Shown in pieces: positions 17,971 to 28,299 of a DNA stretch of 64,000 nt. The notes under the pieces were generated by a model. It saw nothing but the letters and a program-made list of their open reading frames with translations, did not search any database and was not told the DNA's origin. The translations under genes were made by a program, and so were the position numbers. Every line of letters starts with the position of its first letter. The first letter of the stretch is position 1. The DNA lies in assembly GCA_025057645.1 (NCBI GenBank), contig JANXBJ010000005.1, positions 73,676 through 137,675 on the forward strand. Reading direction: 5' to 3'. Source of the DNA: Anaerolineales bacterium (GTDB taxonomy: Bacteria; Chloroflexota; Anaerolineae; Anaerolineales; UBA4823).

Positions 17971-18819
17971 TCACTTGAGGGTCAGAAGGTAGGCGATGAT
18001 GTCGGCCAGTTCTTGATCGGTGAGGGTATCTCCGTAGTTTGCAGGCATCACCCCGGCCTGAAAGCCCGGCACAATGTAGACGTTAGGCAAGACGATCGAC
18101 TCGTGCAAGTATTGCGCAGCCGTTTTGGCGTTGCCGGTATAGTTGGGGTCGGTAAGGATCTCCTCGGCGCGAGTAGCAATGCCGGGCTGGTCTGGGGTTG
18201 CCAACCAAGCCGGGCCTGTAGGTGCGGAGATGTGGCATACGGCACATCCCTTGGCGGCGGCCAGCCCCTGGCCGCGCACCGGGTCGCCTTCGGGAAGTTG
18301 CTTGTTAATATCCGTGCCTGTGGGAGGACCGGCCATTTCTGCCATCTGAGCCGTGCGATCTGGAGCAGTATCTTTCCAGTTCAGGATGAAGGCTGCGAGG
18401 TTACGAATTTGATCATCCCGCAGAGGGCCGCCATACCGCTCTGCCCAGGCCGGCATGACCGGACGGCCCTGACCCGGATAGAGATCGGGGCGAGTTGATA
18501 CCAAGCGCCCGCTCGAAACGGTCGAGATAATATAATCCTCCAGCGTGCCACTCCAACCCACTTCGGTGAGCCGGTTGGTGAAAAAATGGCGGTCGTTTAG
18601 CGGTGGCCAAAGTCCGACCACCCCTTCCCCTTGCGGGCCGTGGCAGCCCTTGCAGTTAATATCATAGAGTTCTGCTCCCACTTCGATGGCTTTGGCGCGC
18701 TGGTGGAGTTCGTATTCTGCCATGCGCTTCGGCTCATTCAGCCCATACCAGATGAGCAGCGCACTAGTGAGTGCAACGAACAGGATTCCCAGGGAAATTT
18801 CAAGCTGAACACGCGACAT
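17971..18819 (-). CDS. Dihaem c-type cytochrome, N-terminally anchored
   Basis: CKGCHGPQGEG and CAVCH haem sites, with an N-terminal TM (ISLGILFVALTSALLIWY). Confidence 0.8.
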   Translation of the reverse strand: MSRVQLEISLGILFVALTSALLIWYGLNEPKRMAEYELHQRAKAIEVGAELYDINCKGCHGPQGEGVVGLWPPLNDRHFFTNRLTEVGWSGTLEDYIISTVSSGRLVSTRPDLYPGQGRPVMPAWAERYGGPLRDDQIRNLAAFILNWKDTAPDRTAQMAEMAGPPTGTDINKQLPEGDPVRGQGLAAAKGCAVCHISAPTGPAWLATPDQPGIATRAEEILTDPNYTGNAKTAAQYLHESIVLPNVYIVPGFQAGVMPANYGDTLTDQELADIIAYLLTLK

Positions 18820-18831
18820 TTCTGCCTCTCC

Positions 18832-20433
18832 TTATTCGTTGCCGCGCAACCGATGGAGGAAGATGTGTCTCTCGTAGGTCTTGCGCTGTTGGGTGTCCGG
18901 ATCATCCCAGAGGATGCGGAAGGTTACTTTGCGCAGATCGGTCTGCCAATCTTCGATGATCAGGAAAGCCTGCCCGTTAGGCAAGCGCTGAATCTTAGGC
19001 AGCGAGGTATCGTTAATTGCGCGATTGACACGGCGGCTGTACTCCGCAAACACGCTGGTCAGCGCCGGGCAACCAAAATCCAAGTTGGGGCACAGGTCGC
19101 GTGGCACAGTCTCCTTAACTTCGTAGGTTCCAGGTTGCAATTGATCGAACGGAACCTGGCGCAATGGCCCCACCCCTTCTTCAGGAGCCAGGTCCTGCAC
19201 GATGCGCGTCGCCGCCGGAGTTTCGATTCCGTAGAGCGGCGTACCCATGTAGCTCAAAACGACCAAGACCAAGAGCGAGAGGATGCCAATTCCGACCGCT
19301 ACCGGGCGTTTATAGAGGCTGCGATAGGGGTTGCGATCAATATAGGGGATTGCGATCAACAATGCCACAACCAAAGTGGGCAGAATGACGCCCATGAGGG
19401 TTTTATCTCCTAACTTGAGCAGCCCTTGCAACCACCAGAAATACCACGGTGCTTTGGTGTCCAAGGGGGTTACCTGAGGATTGGCAATGTTCTCCAGCGG
19501 AGCGCTATATCCGAAGACGATGACGCTGGCGACCAACGCAAAGATCCCTACCGAGGTGAGGAAGACTTCGTGACTCAATAGATCGGGGATGAAGTCGATC
19601 CGCTGTCTGGCGTTCTTCTTCTCTTCGGGGGAGACATCTCCCTCCTCGTATTTTGCCGGAAGCGAAATCCCATGTTCGCGTGACACTTTGTAATAGTGAA
19701 TGCTGATGAGCAGCACGGCCACCGCAGGCAGCAGGACGACATGTAACAGGTAAGCCCTCAGCAGACCGTTGGCGCCAATGTCAGGTCCGCCCCGGAGCAG
19801 CAGGTTCGCCTCACGACCGAACAGGGGTGCTGCTTCTGCCATTCCGGTGCCGATGGTCACTGCCCAGTAAGCTAGTTGGTCCCAGGGCAGCAGGTAACCG
19901 AAAAAGCTCAGGAACAGAGTCACCCCGAGCAAGAGCACCCCGGTGAACCAGGTGAACGAGCGCTCCTTCTTGTAAGAGCCGGTTATAAAGGTGCGCACCA
20001 TGTGTAAGAAGACAAAGATGACCATTGCCTCGGCTCCCAGGCGATGCAAGTCGCGGATTAATTTGCCGAAGGGGACGTTGCTTTCCAAGTTTAGAATCGA
20101 CTGATAGGCCTCCGAAGGAACCGGGCTGTAATAGATCATCAGGATGATGCCTGTGATGGCTTCGACAACGAAGAAGAACATACTGAAGAACCCCAGGCGA
20201 AACGTGTGAGTGAAGATCGTACTCGCCTTCTCGTAGTAGCGGGGACGGATATGAAAGAGAAAGCTGGTGGTATGAACCTTGTAGCGCGGGTTGGGTTTCT
20301 CTTCTGGGGGGTCGCCGCGCAAGACGTTGCGTAACTCGCGGATGTTCAAGCCTGCGGTAATAATCCGCACTCGGTTGTCAATCGCTTGATACAGTTTGGA
20401 TTTGAGGTCTTGGAGGTCAAGAGACTTCAACAT
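18832..20433 (-). CDS. Cytochrome b (fused b6 / subunit IV-type) with about 130-aa C-terminal soluble extension
   Basis: RDLHRLGAEAMVIFVFLHM, LPWDQLAYWAV and KAPWYFWWLQGLLK. After the last TM comes a hydrophilic tail (IETPAATRIV...RLRGNE). Confidence 0.85.
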   Translation of the reverse strand: MLKSLDLQDLKSKLYQAIDNRVRIITAGLNIRELRNVLRGDPPEEKPNPRYKVHTTSFLFHIRPRYYEKASTIFTHTFRLGFFSMFFFVVEAITGIILMIYYSPVPSEAYQSILNLESNVPFGKLIRDLHRLGAEAMVIFVFLHMVRTFITGSYKKERSFTWFTGVLLLGVTLFLSFFGYLLPWDQLAYWAVTIGTGMAEAAPLFGREANLLLRGGPDIGANGLLRAYLLHVVLLPAVAVLLISIHYYKVSREHGISLPAKYEEGDVSPEEKKNARQRIDFIPDLLSHEVFLTSVGIFALVASVIVFGYSAPLENIANPQVTPLDTKAPWYFWWLQGLLKLGDKTLMGVILPTLVVALLIAIPYIDRNPYRSLYKRPVAVGIGILSLLVLVVLSYMGTPLYGIETPAATRIVQDLAPEEGVGPLRQVPFDQLQPGTYEVKETVPRDLCPNLDFGCPALTSVFAEYSRRVNRAINDTSLPKIQRLPNGQAFLIIEDWQTDLRKVTFRILWDDPDTQQRKTYERHIFLHRLRGNE

Positions 20434-20463
20434 AGCCGTTATGCTCCTTGATCTCGGATTTAG

Positions 20464-21021
20464 CTAGCCATGAACTTTGCCGTTGATCCGTTGCCCAGTA
20501 TCGACCCGGACAATCGCATCCGGGTTGTCGGGCACAGGCAGGGGACTGGGCTCGTTGCTCTCGGCGATCACTTCACCGCTGTTCGGATCGACAATTTGAA
20601 TCTTGAACTGGTCTAGAGAGCGCGGAGCCGGCCCCGCTATGAAAGTCCCATCAGGTTGAAATTGCGAACCGTGGCAGGGACAGATGAACTTATTTTCTTG
20701 ATCGTTCCAGTTATACAAGCAACCCAAGTGAGTGCAAACTTTGTAGAGCGCAGAGATGCCCTCTGCGGTTCGGGAGAGCCAGAAACGCACTTTGGGATAG
20801 TTTACCGGGGGAGAGCCGGGGGGAGGAAGCTCCGAAACTTTCCCTACGGTAAAGACCCCGCCAAACTCGCCCTCCTTGAACCTCGGCAAAGCGAATAGAT
20901 AGGTCATTCCCCCGAGATTCAGGACGAGAAACCCCAAGGAGGCTAACCAAGCAAGGTTGAGAAGTTCACGGCGGTTGAGTTTATTTTTTTCTGAGTTAGT
21001 ATCTGGCTTTGCTGCGCTCAT
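20464..21021 (-). CDS. Rieske [2Fe-2S] protein
   Basis: CTHLGC ... CPCHGSQF boxes, and an N-terminal TM/Tat-like segment ([18 protein letters not shown]). Confidence 0.9.
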   Translation of the reverse strand: MSAAKPDTNSEKNKLNRRELLNLAWLASLGFLVLNLGGMTYLFALPRFKEGEFGGVFTVGKVSELPPPGSPPVNYPKVRFWLSRTAEGISALYKVCTHLGCLYNWNDQENKFICPCHGSQFQPDGTFIAGPAPRSLDQFKIQIVDPNSGEVIAESNEPSPLPVPDNPDAIVRVDTGQRINGKVHG

Positions 21022-21458
21022 TCAAACCTTCTCCTCGATCTCACTCTAATAGGGTCAGAAAGAGACTGCTTTCACGAAAGGGCTCTGCGCAAGGGAGTTT
21101 TCGTTCCCAAATTAGTGCTTCCTAGACTTTCTAGTTTTGTCCAAAACCACACTCCACTCTAGGGAGTGAGCTTTACACTCCGATAAACTTTAGGTGTTCT
21201 CAGCTTGTGAGTTTACTCAAGGGTCAAAGTTCTTTCTATCCATCCCCTCAAGCCAGAGGTATGATTTTGTTTCAACCGAAGGGGTGATTGCGTGCATCAC
21301 CCTGAAGTGAGTCCCCCGAACGCTTGCCCGAGAAAGTCATCGGAGGCAATTCTCCAGAACGCCTCTAGAAGGGCATAGCCTCATTCAATTCGTGGTATCC
21401 TTAGGGCAGACGCAATACCTTGGTTGCGCATCTATCTTTTCAGTGAGGAACTCCAACG

Positions 21459-21857
21459 ATGACTCTTCAGGAAATCATTTGGGAAGCTCACGCACGTTTG
21501 GGGAATGCCGCTTTTTACTATGCGGCAATTATGACTTTATGGGGTTTCTGGCGCATCCTCAAAAAGCGAGCTGTGGATAGCAACTACTGGGGTGCGATCG
21601 TCATCGCCGAAATCTTGATTTTGCTCCAAGGGGCACTGGGGGTGTATTTATACTTCTTCAGCGAGTTTCGCTTGGCGCGCCAGGTTCACATTCTATATGG
21701 GATCGTCAGCGCCCTTGTGCTACCGGCTGCCTTTGCTTACACTCGTGGCAACCAGGAGCGCCGGGATATGATCATTTACGGGGCGGTTTTCTTGATCTTG
21801 ACCGTCCTGACCGCCCGCGCCCTGATGACTGCCGGCATGGTGATTGTAATCGAGTGA
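21459..21857 (+). CDS. Small integral membrane protein, unknown function
   Basis: 132 aa with four hydrophobic helices. No recognisable motif. Confidence 0.45.
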   Translation: MTLQEIIWEAHARLGNAAFYYAAIMTLWGFWRILKKRAVDSNYWGAIVIAEILILLQGALGVYLYFFSEFRLARQVHILYGIVSALVLPAAFAYTRGNQERRDMIIYGAVFLILTVLTARALMTAGMVIVIE

Positions 21858-21865
21858 AAAAGAGC

Positions 21866-21952
21866 GGAGAGGGTGGGATTCGAACCCACGGAGCCTTGCG
21901 GCTCACGCGCTCTCCAGGCGCGCGCGTTAGGCCAGACTACGCTACCTCTCCG
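21866..21952 (-). tRNA. tRNA-Ser (anticodon GGA)
   Basis: The reverse complement folds as a class II cloverleaf. Acceptor GGAGAGG/CCTCTCC, D stem GCGT/ACGC, anticodon stem CGCGC/GCGCG with loop CTGGAGA, a 17-nt variable arm, and T arm GTGGG-TTCGAAT-CCCAC. No encoded CCA. Confidence 0.9.
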
Positions 21953-22226
21953 TTGAACCGGTTTCCTAGATTGAACTCGACCCCGCTAGTAATTATACCA
22001 GTTTTCGGGAGAGTCTTCAGCGAGTTGCGGAATTGCGGCAGACGGAGGAGCTTCTTTGGCCTCAACCTTGCTCCCGGCGAAGAGACGACTCTTGTGGCTT
22101 CTTTGGTCTAGGTCTAGCGCGGGTTGGGTTTTGGCGCGCAAGCTGCTTGGGTTGGGAATCCGGTATAATTTAGAAGCCCTTGGGAAACGGCGCAGAGAGA
22201 CTTGAGGCACGATCAAAGGAGCAGAG

Positions 22227-23105
22227 ATGGATGGTCCCTCGAGTTGGGTGCAAAGTATAAGGCGCAAACTTGTCCTCTATTGGCCTTTGATTAAGGGCTT
22301 ACAGACATCGCTCCTGATGGTGACCGGCTTAGCCGGATACATGAGTGCACGCTCCCCGATCTCAAATCTCGCCACTCTGGCAGGGTTGAGCGGGAGTCTC
22401 TTTCTCGCTATCAGCGGCGCAACCGTCCTGAATATGTGGTGGGATCGGGATATCGATGCCAAAATGGGGCGCACTCAGAAGCGGCCTCTGCCACGCGGAG
22501 AGCTTTCCTCCCAAGAAACTTTGAGATTGGGGTTGATTCTCTCGGTTCTCGGAATAGGGTGGTCGGCTCTGCTTGCGCCTTTCTATGCCCTGGTCGTTTT
22601 TGCAGGCTGGTTCTTCGATGTCATCGTCTACACCCTCTGGCTCAAACGACGCACTTGTTGGAGTATTGTTTGGGGCGGCATTGCGGGGGGGATGCCCATT
22701 CTGGCGGGTCGGGTGCTGGCTCTCGGTTCGATCGATCTGATCGGGGTTCTGCTTACGCTTGCGGTCTTATTCTGGATTCCCACCCACACCCTCACTTATG
22801 CGATGCGCTTTTACTCGGACTACCAGAATGCCGGTGTGCCCACCTTCCCTTCCTGTTATGGCTTCCCGGTGACTCGGGCTACGATCGCTGCCTCAAGTGT
22901 GCTAGCCGCTTGTGCTATTGCGACTGCCAGCGTTTTGGTCGGTGTGCAATGGGGGTTTGTGCGTCTGCTGATTGTCCTTTCCAGCGGATTGTTGCTGCTT
23001 GCCATCAGCAGTTTGCTGCGCCCTAATGAACGCCTCAATTTTGGTTTGTTTAAATACGCTTCCCTTTACATGCTCGCTTCGATGGTTTTGCTCTCTATTC
23101 GATGA
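22227..23105 (+). CDS. ctaB: Protohaem IX farnesyltransferase (haem O synthase)
   Basis: UbiA-family motif NMWWDRDIDAKMGRTQKRPLPRGEL in a polytopic protein. Confidence 0.85.
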   Translation: MDGPSSWVQSIRRKLVLYWPLIKGLQTSLLMVTGLAGYMSARSPISNLATLAGLSGSLFLAISGATVLNMWWDRDIDAKMGRTQKRPLPRGELSSQETLRLGLILSVLGIGWSALLAPFYALVVFAGWFFDVIVYTLWLKRRTCWSIVWGGIAGGMPILAGRVLALGSIDLIGVLLTLAVLFWIPTHTLTYAMRFYSDYQNAGVPTFPSCYGFPVTRATIAASSVLAACAIATASVLVGVQWGFVRLLIVLSSGLLLLAISSLLRPNERLNFGLFKYASLYMLASMVLLSIR

Positions 23106-23707
23106 AAGTCTCTCTTGTCGATCGATTGCTCTTCTTGATGACGGCAATCGTTGCCTCTTATCAGATCGCTATTGGGATCGAAGGGTTAGGCAGTATCCCA
23201 ACGCTGGCCTACACCGTTGGCTTCGGAGCACTGTTAGTCGCAGGCTTACTCATTCTGATTTTGGGCTTTGAAGTTTTGCAAAGCCCGGTCGTGGTGGTTG
23301 TAGCGACACTGATTCCGCTGAGTTTGGCCATCGGAATGGTATGGGAATACCTGCCCGGTTGGCGAGAAGCCTACGTTCTCTACGCCGGGGTAGGGCTTCT
23401 GGCCATCGGCTTGACCCGCTTCATTCGCACATCCCGTCAGATAGCGACATTAGTTCTTGCTGTCGTGCACGGAGTAGCGGGCTTGACCATTATGCTTCTG
23501 CCTCTGGGAGCGGTCATGGCTCAAAGGGCGAACCCTGCCTTTCTGTTCGTCAGCTTGGGTGGAGCGTTGATCGGTTTGATGGGACTACTGCTCTCTTTTC
23601 TGCGCATGGGGTCACTGGCCCTTGGCCAGGAAAAACTGCTAAGAGCTTTTACACTGCTCTTCTTCGGGGTTACTGTGGTACACGTATTGGGATTCGTTTG
23701 GCGTTGA
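23102..23707 (+). CDS. Integral membrane protein, unknown function
   Basis: 201 aa with six hydrophobic helices. A 4-nt overlap with ctaB suggests co-translation. Confidence 0.5.
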   Translation: MKVSLVDRLLFLMTAIVASYQIAIGIEGLGSIPTLAYTVGFGALLVAGLLILILGFEVLQSPVVVVVATLIPLSLAIGMVWEYLPGWREAYVLYAGVGLLAIGLTRFIRTSRQIATLVLAVVHGVAGLTIMLLPLGAVMAQRANPAFLFVSLGGALIGLMGLLLSFLRMGSLALGQEKLLRAFTLLFFGVTVVHVLGFVWR

Positions 23708-23710
23708 GCC

Positions 23711-23732
23711 GAGGGGAAGCCCTCTGATTTTT
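23711..23732 (+). terminator. Weak intrinsic terminator candidate
   Basis: GAGGG-GAAG-CCCTC hairpin (5 bp) followed by TGATTTTT, directly after the stop at 23705-23707. Confidence 0.35.
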
Positions 23733-23975
23733 CACGAGCGGATCGAAACCCCGCTATAGATCTCGGCAGAGGAAAGGTGTCCGCCTTCCGACCGGGGCGT
23801 CCTTGCCGAAAGTCTGGTGAAGTTTGCAGGCATCCTCACTGCGAGTGTAGCGGATAGAGGGCGCACCGTCCGAATGGGATGTCCTTGCCGGCAAAGAGGG
23901 CGGACGGAGATGTGCGCTCTGGACCGATGGGCTGAAGACCCTGTTTGAAGAGCGCAGGCAAAGCCAACGACCTCT

Positions 23976-24407
23976 TCAAACCTCTTCATTCTCCCAATCT
24001 TGCTTCCGGCGCAGGGCTTTGATCTGGCTGCGCCTCCGCTTGGCGTTCAGCCGTGCTTGGCGGGCAGCGGCACTGGGTTGAGTTGGGTGGCGCAGCTTTG
24101 GCTTTTGCGCCGCCTTTTGCAAAAGCAGGATCAAGCGCTCGAGGGCTTCTCGGCGGTTTTGCTCTTGGGTGCGATGGCGATGGGCTTGCACGATCAGTTC
24201 GCCTTCGGAATTGACCCGCTTCCCTGCCAAGTGAATTAGGCGTTCCTTCACCTCGGGGGGCAAGCTTTCGCTCTGGAGGACATGGAAGCGCAATTGAACT
24301 GCGCTGGAAACCTTGTTGACATTTTGTCCTCCGGGACCGCCGGCGCGCACGAAATCCCATTCGATTTCTTCTTCATCTATTGAGATTTGAGGAGTGATGC
24401 GGATCAT
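23976..24407 (-). CDS. arfB: Alternative ribosome-rescue factor ArfB (peptidyl-tRNA hydrolase, GGQ domain)
   Basis: GPGGQNVNKVSSAVQLRF followed by a basic C-terminal tail. 143 aa. Confidence 0.9.
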   Translation of the reverse strand: MIRITPQISIDEEEIEWDFVRAGGPGGQNVNKVSSAVQLRFHVLQSESLPPEVKERLIHLAGKRVNSEGELIVQAHRHRTQEQNRREALERLILLLQKAAQKPKLRHPTQPSAAARQARLNAKRRRSQIKALRRKQDWENEEV

Positions 24408-24832
24408 AAGCCAAGTGTATCACCGATCTGAGGACGCGCCTCAGAATCATTTTGGAGTTTGAGAGTAAAAGCCCTCTGACGACCGTCGAGAAGCCAAGTC
24501 GAGAGTTTGCCGGCAAGACTGCCGGCAGAGGCACAGTGTCGGAAATGCCAAAAGAGCTATGGAAGTGCTGCGAAGAGACCAAAAGTTAGCGCCTGCCAGC
24601 CCCCAAAAGCGGCAAACCGTTGCGCTCACCATTCCGCCACCTAACCGATTTGTAAAGCAAATGCAGGAGGAAATTTAGTTATACTCTCGAGAGAACTTAG
24701 GTGATCGTGTCAATATCCGCGCTGATCTGTGGGATTATCCCCGGGCTGCGCCTAAGACGTTGAAACAATGGACGGGAGAAATCCCACTCGATATCTATAG
24801 GCCTACGACACATAATCCGATGAGAAGCGATC

Positions 24833-27022
24833 GTGACCCGGCTTATCCCCTCTGCTCTGGTGCTCTCTACTCCCGGGCATGCTGATGGAGAGATGGAGAT
24901 AGAGAGGTTTTATTTGGAGCACCGCTTATTTTTCAACACCCTCTTTGAGAACGCTCGGGATGCGATCTTCGTCAAGAATGCTTCATTGCGCTATGTCCTC
25001 GTCAATCCGGCGATGGAACGCCTCCTAGGTCGATCGCAAGAGACCATCCTCGGCAAAACTGATTGGGAGTTGCTGGACGAAGCAGTTGCCCAACGCAGTG
25101 CGTTAGTGGACCGGCGTGTGCTTCAAGGAGAACGATCGGTCGAAGAGGAAAGCTTCGAAAGCGGAGGCAAGGTCCGGGTTTTCAGCGTGGTTAGAACCCC
25201 GGTACGCAACTCGGAAGGCAAGGTCATCGGCATTTGCGGCATTGCCCGCGAAATCACTCCCTACAGGAGCCTGCGGAGCACCCTGCAGGAAAGCGAATCT
25301 CGTTTTCAGGAGCTCTTTGAGAATGCCCCCGATCTCATTCAGGCGATCGCTCCAGATGGACGGTTTCTTTATGTCAACCGCGCTTGGCGAGAAACCCTTG
25401 GCTACACGTCGGCAGAAGTAGCTCAGATTTCCCTCGCCGATATCCTTGCGCCGGAGTGCCGCGAGCATTGCCTGAAGCTTTTTCATCGCATCTCAGCCGG
25501 TGAGTCGATCGAGCTGGTGACCGCTACTTTTCTAACCAAAGACCGACAGCGGGTGGAAGTGGAAGGCTCGATCGGCAGGTGGCATCTGAACGGAGAGAAG
25601 ATCGCCACAGTCGGGATCTACCGCGATCTGCGCCGGCGTCAACAGCTCGAGAACGCATTGCGCCAAAGTGAAGAGCGCTACCGCAATATTTTTGAAACGG
25701 CGGCGGTGTCCATTTGGGAAGAGGACTTCTCGGCGGTCAAGGCGGCGATCGAGGAACTTCGCACCCAGGGAATCACTGACTTCCGGAGCTATTTAGACTC
25801 CCATCCCCAATTCGTCAGGTTGGCGGCGCAGAAGATCTTCGTTCGCGATGTGAATACCACAACCTTGCAAATGTTTGGAGCAAAAAGCAAGGCAGAGCTG
25901 CTGAGCAACTTGACCCGGATCATCCCTGAAGACGCGCTGGATGTGCTGAAAGAGGAGATTTTAGCCATCGCCGAAGGCAAAACTTTCTTCGCTAGCGAAA
26001 CGGTGAACTGCGCTTTGGATGGCAGGCGCATTGAGGTACTCTTGACCATTCGCTTTCCCCCTCCGGAGCATAGAGAAGCTTTCCGGAACGTGCTGGTTAC
26101 CCTGATGGACATTACAGACCGGAAGCAAATAGCGCGCGAAGCGGAGAGGCAGCGCGTCTATTTTCAACAACTGTTCGAAAACACTCCGGTTGCCATTGCG
26201 ATGCTGGATACGCAAGACCGTTTTCTGGGCGTAAACCGTGCCTTCGAGAAGCTGTTCGGATACGCCGAAGACGAACTGAAAGGACACCCAATCAACGAGC
26301 GGATTATCCCTCCTGAACTCACAGAAGAAGCCAGTGGACTTTCTATGGCGGTCTTCTCCGGCGCAGTTGTCGAAAAAGAAACCGTGCGCATGCGCAAGGA
26401 TGGCAGCCTCGTCCCCGTTCAGGTCTATGCTGCACCTATTCAAGTGGGTGAGGAAATTGTTGGGGGGTATGCAATGTATGTCGATCTGACCGACCGCAAA
26501 CTTAGAGAGCAAAAATTGGAGTATCTCAGCAGTCACGATGTTCTCACCGGTCTGCGTAATCGCGCTTACTTTGAGCATATCCTCTCGCAAACCGAGCGAG
26601 AGGGTATTTTGCCGGTCAGCATTTTAGTGGCTGACGTTGATGGACTAAAGCGGATAAACGATGAATGGGGACACAGCGCAGGAGATAGTTTGCTGCGCAG
26701 CGCAGCCGAGATCCTGCGTGCCTGTTTTCGCTCTACCGATGTGGTGGCACGAATCGGTGGAGATGAATTCGCTGTATTACTCCCCCTGGCCGATGAAAAG
26801 ACCGCTGAGCAACTCCTGCGCCGGCTTGCCTCCAACTTGAGACGCTATAACCTCTCCCACCCTCAGTCGCCGGTGCACTTGTCTTATGGCATTGCCACTG
26901 CCCTCCAGCCAACTTCTCTTGCTCAACTCTTAAGCCAAGCGGATCGCAAGATGTACGAGCACAAAGCACGCAGGCGCCCGCAAAGAAAAGCCCCGCGCTC
27001 CAGTAAGCCGACGGAGAACTAA
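24833..27022 (+). CDS. Multi-PAS sensor diguanylate cyclase (GGDEF)
   Basis: Repeated PAS blocks ([38 protein letters not shown]) and a C-terminal GGDEF domain ([11 protein letters not shown]) with an upstream RxxD-like site. No EAL or HD-GYP domain. The start is uncertain (GTG at 24833 or an internal Met). Confidence 0.85.
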   Translation: MTRLIPSALVLSTPGHADGEMEIERFYLEHRLFFNTLFENARDAIFVKNASLRYVLVNPAMERLLGRSQETILGKTDWELLDEAVAQRSALVDRRVLQGERSVEEESFESGGKVRVFSVVRTPVRNSEGKVIGICGIAREITPYRSLRSTLQESESRFQELFENAPDLIQAIAPDGRFLYVNRAWRETLGYTSAEVAQISLADILAPECREHCLKLFHRISAGESIELVTATFLTKDRQRVEVEGSIGRWHLNGEKIATVGIYRDLRRRQQLENALRQSEERYRNIFETAAVSIWEEDFSAVKAAIEELRTQGITDFRSYLDSHPQFVRLAAQKIFVRDVNTTTLQMFGAKSKAELLSNLTRIIPEDALDVLKEEILAIAEGKTFFASETVNCALDGRRIEVLLTIRFPPPEHREAFRNVLVTLMDITDRKQIAREAERQRVYFQQLFENTPVAIAMLDTQDRFLGVNRAFEKLFGYAEDELKGHPINERIIPPELTEEASGLSMAVFSGAVVEKETVRMRKDGSLVPVQVYAAPIQVGEEIVGGYAMYVDLTDRKLREQKLEYLSSHDVLTGLRNRAYFEHILSQTEREGILPVSILVADVDGLKRINDEWGHSAGDSLLRSAAEILRACFRSTDVVARIGGDEFAVLLPLADEKTAEQLLRRLASNLRRYNLSHPQSPVHLSYGIATALQPTSLAQLLSQADRKMYEHKARRRPQRKAPRSSKPTEN

Positions 27023-27981
27023 TACTCTTGCATCAAGTCCATCCCCTCGTATAAATGGGCAACCTCTTCAGCATAGCCGTTGAACATCAAGGTGGGCCGG
27101 CGGCCGCTCTCTCCGATGCGCCGCTCCGTAGCTTGTGACCAGCGCGGGTGGGGCTTGTTCGGATTTACGTTCGAGTAAAAACCATACTCATGGGGGGCTA
27201 TTAAGTTCCAGAAGGTAGGCGGTTGTTGTTCGGTCAGTTCGATCTTGACGATCGCCTTGGCGCTTTTGAAACCGTACTTCCACGGCACGACCAATCTCAA
27301 AGGAGCCCCGTTCTGATTGGGCAGCAATTCTCCGTAGAGTCCGGTGGCTAGGATGGTTAGAGGATGGAGTGCCTCGTCCAAGCGTAAACCTTCCCGATAG
27401 GGCCAAGGGTAGAAGCCGGAACGCATTCCTGGCATTTCCTCCGGGCGGGAGACCGAGACGAAGCTGACGTAGCGAGCAGAGCCCAAAGGCTCAACCTCCT
27501 TTAGCAGCTTAGCGAGAGGGAATCCGAGCCACGGAATGACCATTGACCAGCCCTCAACGCAGCGCAAGCGGTAGATGCGTTCCTCTTGGGGGTACTTTTT
27601 CAGCAGATCGTCAATGTCGAAACGGCGCGGCTTGGCCACCAACCCACTTACCTCAACCGTCCACGGGCGAGTCTGAAAGTTCTTAGCCAGGCGGGCAACG
27701 GCTTCCTTATCCGCCGAGAATTCATAATAGTTGTTGTAATTGGTGATGGCTTCGTATGGAGTCACCGGATCTCCGTACTCATCTCTTCCGGGCTGAGGCG
27801 TCTGACGTGGAGGGAGAGTTGCGGTTGGTGTTGGGCCTTGCGAAGCACCGCAGGCTGCAACTACTGCTGCGGCTGCTGCAATAGCCCCCACCTTCAGGAA
27901 TTCTCGCCGTCGCAAATAAATGTCCTTGGGGGTGATTTCAGAAGGACGAACCGGAACGCTTTTCCAGAGTTTCTCGCTCAT
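27019..27981 (-). CDS. msrP: Molybdopterin-dependent protein-methionine-sulfoxide reductase MsrP/YedY-like
   Basis: Tat motif [17 protein letters not shown] and a sulfite-oxidase-fold block [20 protein letters not shown] chose the ATG at 27981 because GAGGTG lies 5 nt upstream; the ORF extends to 27996. Confidence 0.8.
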   Translation of the reverse strand: MSEKLWKSVPVRPSEITPKDIYLRRREFLKVGAIAAAAAVVAACGASQGPTPTATLPPRQTPQPGRDEYGDPVTPYEAITNYNNYYEFSADKEAVARLAKNFQTRPWTVEVSGLVAKPRRFDIDDLLKKYPQEERIYRLRCVEGWSMVIPWLGFPLAKLLKEVEPLGSARYVSFVSVSRPEEMPGMRSGFYPWPYREGLRLDEALHPLTILATGLYGELLPNQNGAPLRLVVPWKYGFKSAKAIVKIELTEQQPPTFWNLIAPHEYGFYSNVNPNKPHPRWSQATERRIGESGRRPTLMFNGYAEEVAHLYEGMDLMQEY

Positions 27982-28299
27982 TTTGCACCTCGTCATTGCG
28001 CTGACCTAGGGAAATTAGGAATGCTAGGTCTTCTTCGCCTGCTGAACAATCCCAAGTGGAAATGAAGCCCCGACTCTTGGACTCTGGTTGTTGGATTAAG
28101 GGGCCTACTTAGACTATATTACCCCTAATCATCGTCTTTGAGCGTTAACGTTTGATCAGAGATTCATGGCCGAGTGGCAGGAAATTGCCTGGGCCGGATA
28201 GATCGCTAAAGCGCTGCTCGACAAGCAACCTCTCGATAACTCCCCGGCTATCTCATCGGTAACCTTTTCCAATTCGCCTTTCTCGGTCATAATAGGGTT

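Noticed and set aside
17725-19413. Long ORFs antisense to the cytochrome c/b genes (17725..18498 at 257 aa; 18631..19413 at 260 aa). Similar antisense or off-frame ORFs include 12718..13194, 25961..26590, 33838..34437, 36663..37247, 54660..55133 and 55974..56435.
   Set aside because: They lie entirely inside genes with strong motif support on the other strand or frame. Their Arg/Gly/Pro/His-rich composition is typical of off-frame translation in GC-rich DNA. They show no start-site signals.
21854-22267. ORFs 21854..22111 (+) and 21986..22267 (-).
   Set aside because: The first overlaps the tRNA-Ser gene. Both are short and lack motifs and SD sequences.
23732-23989. 85-aa minus-strand ORF downstream of arfB.
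   Set aside because: It overlaps the arfB 3' end in another frame and has an Arg/Ser/His-rich composition, with no SD. The region is better treated as possible structured RNA.
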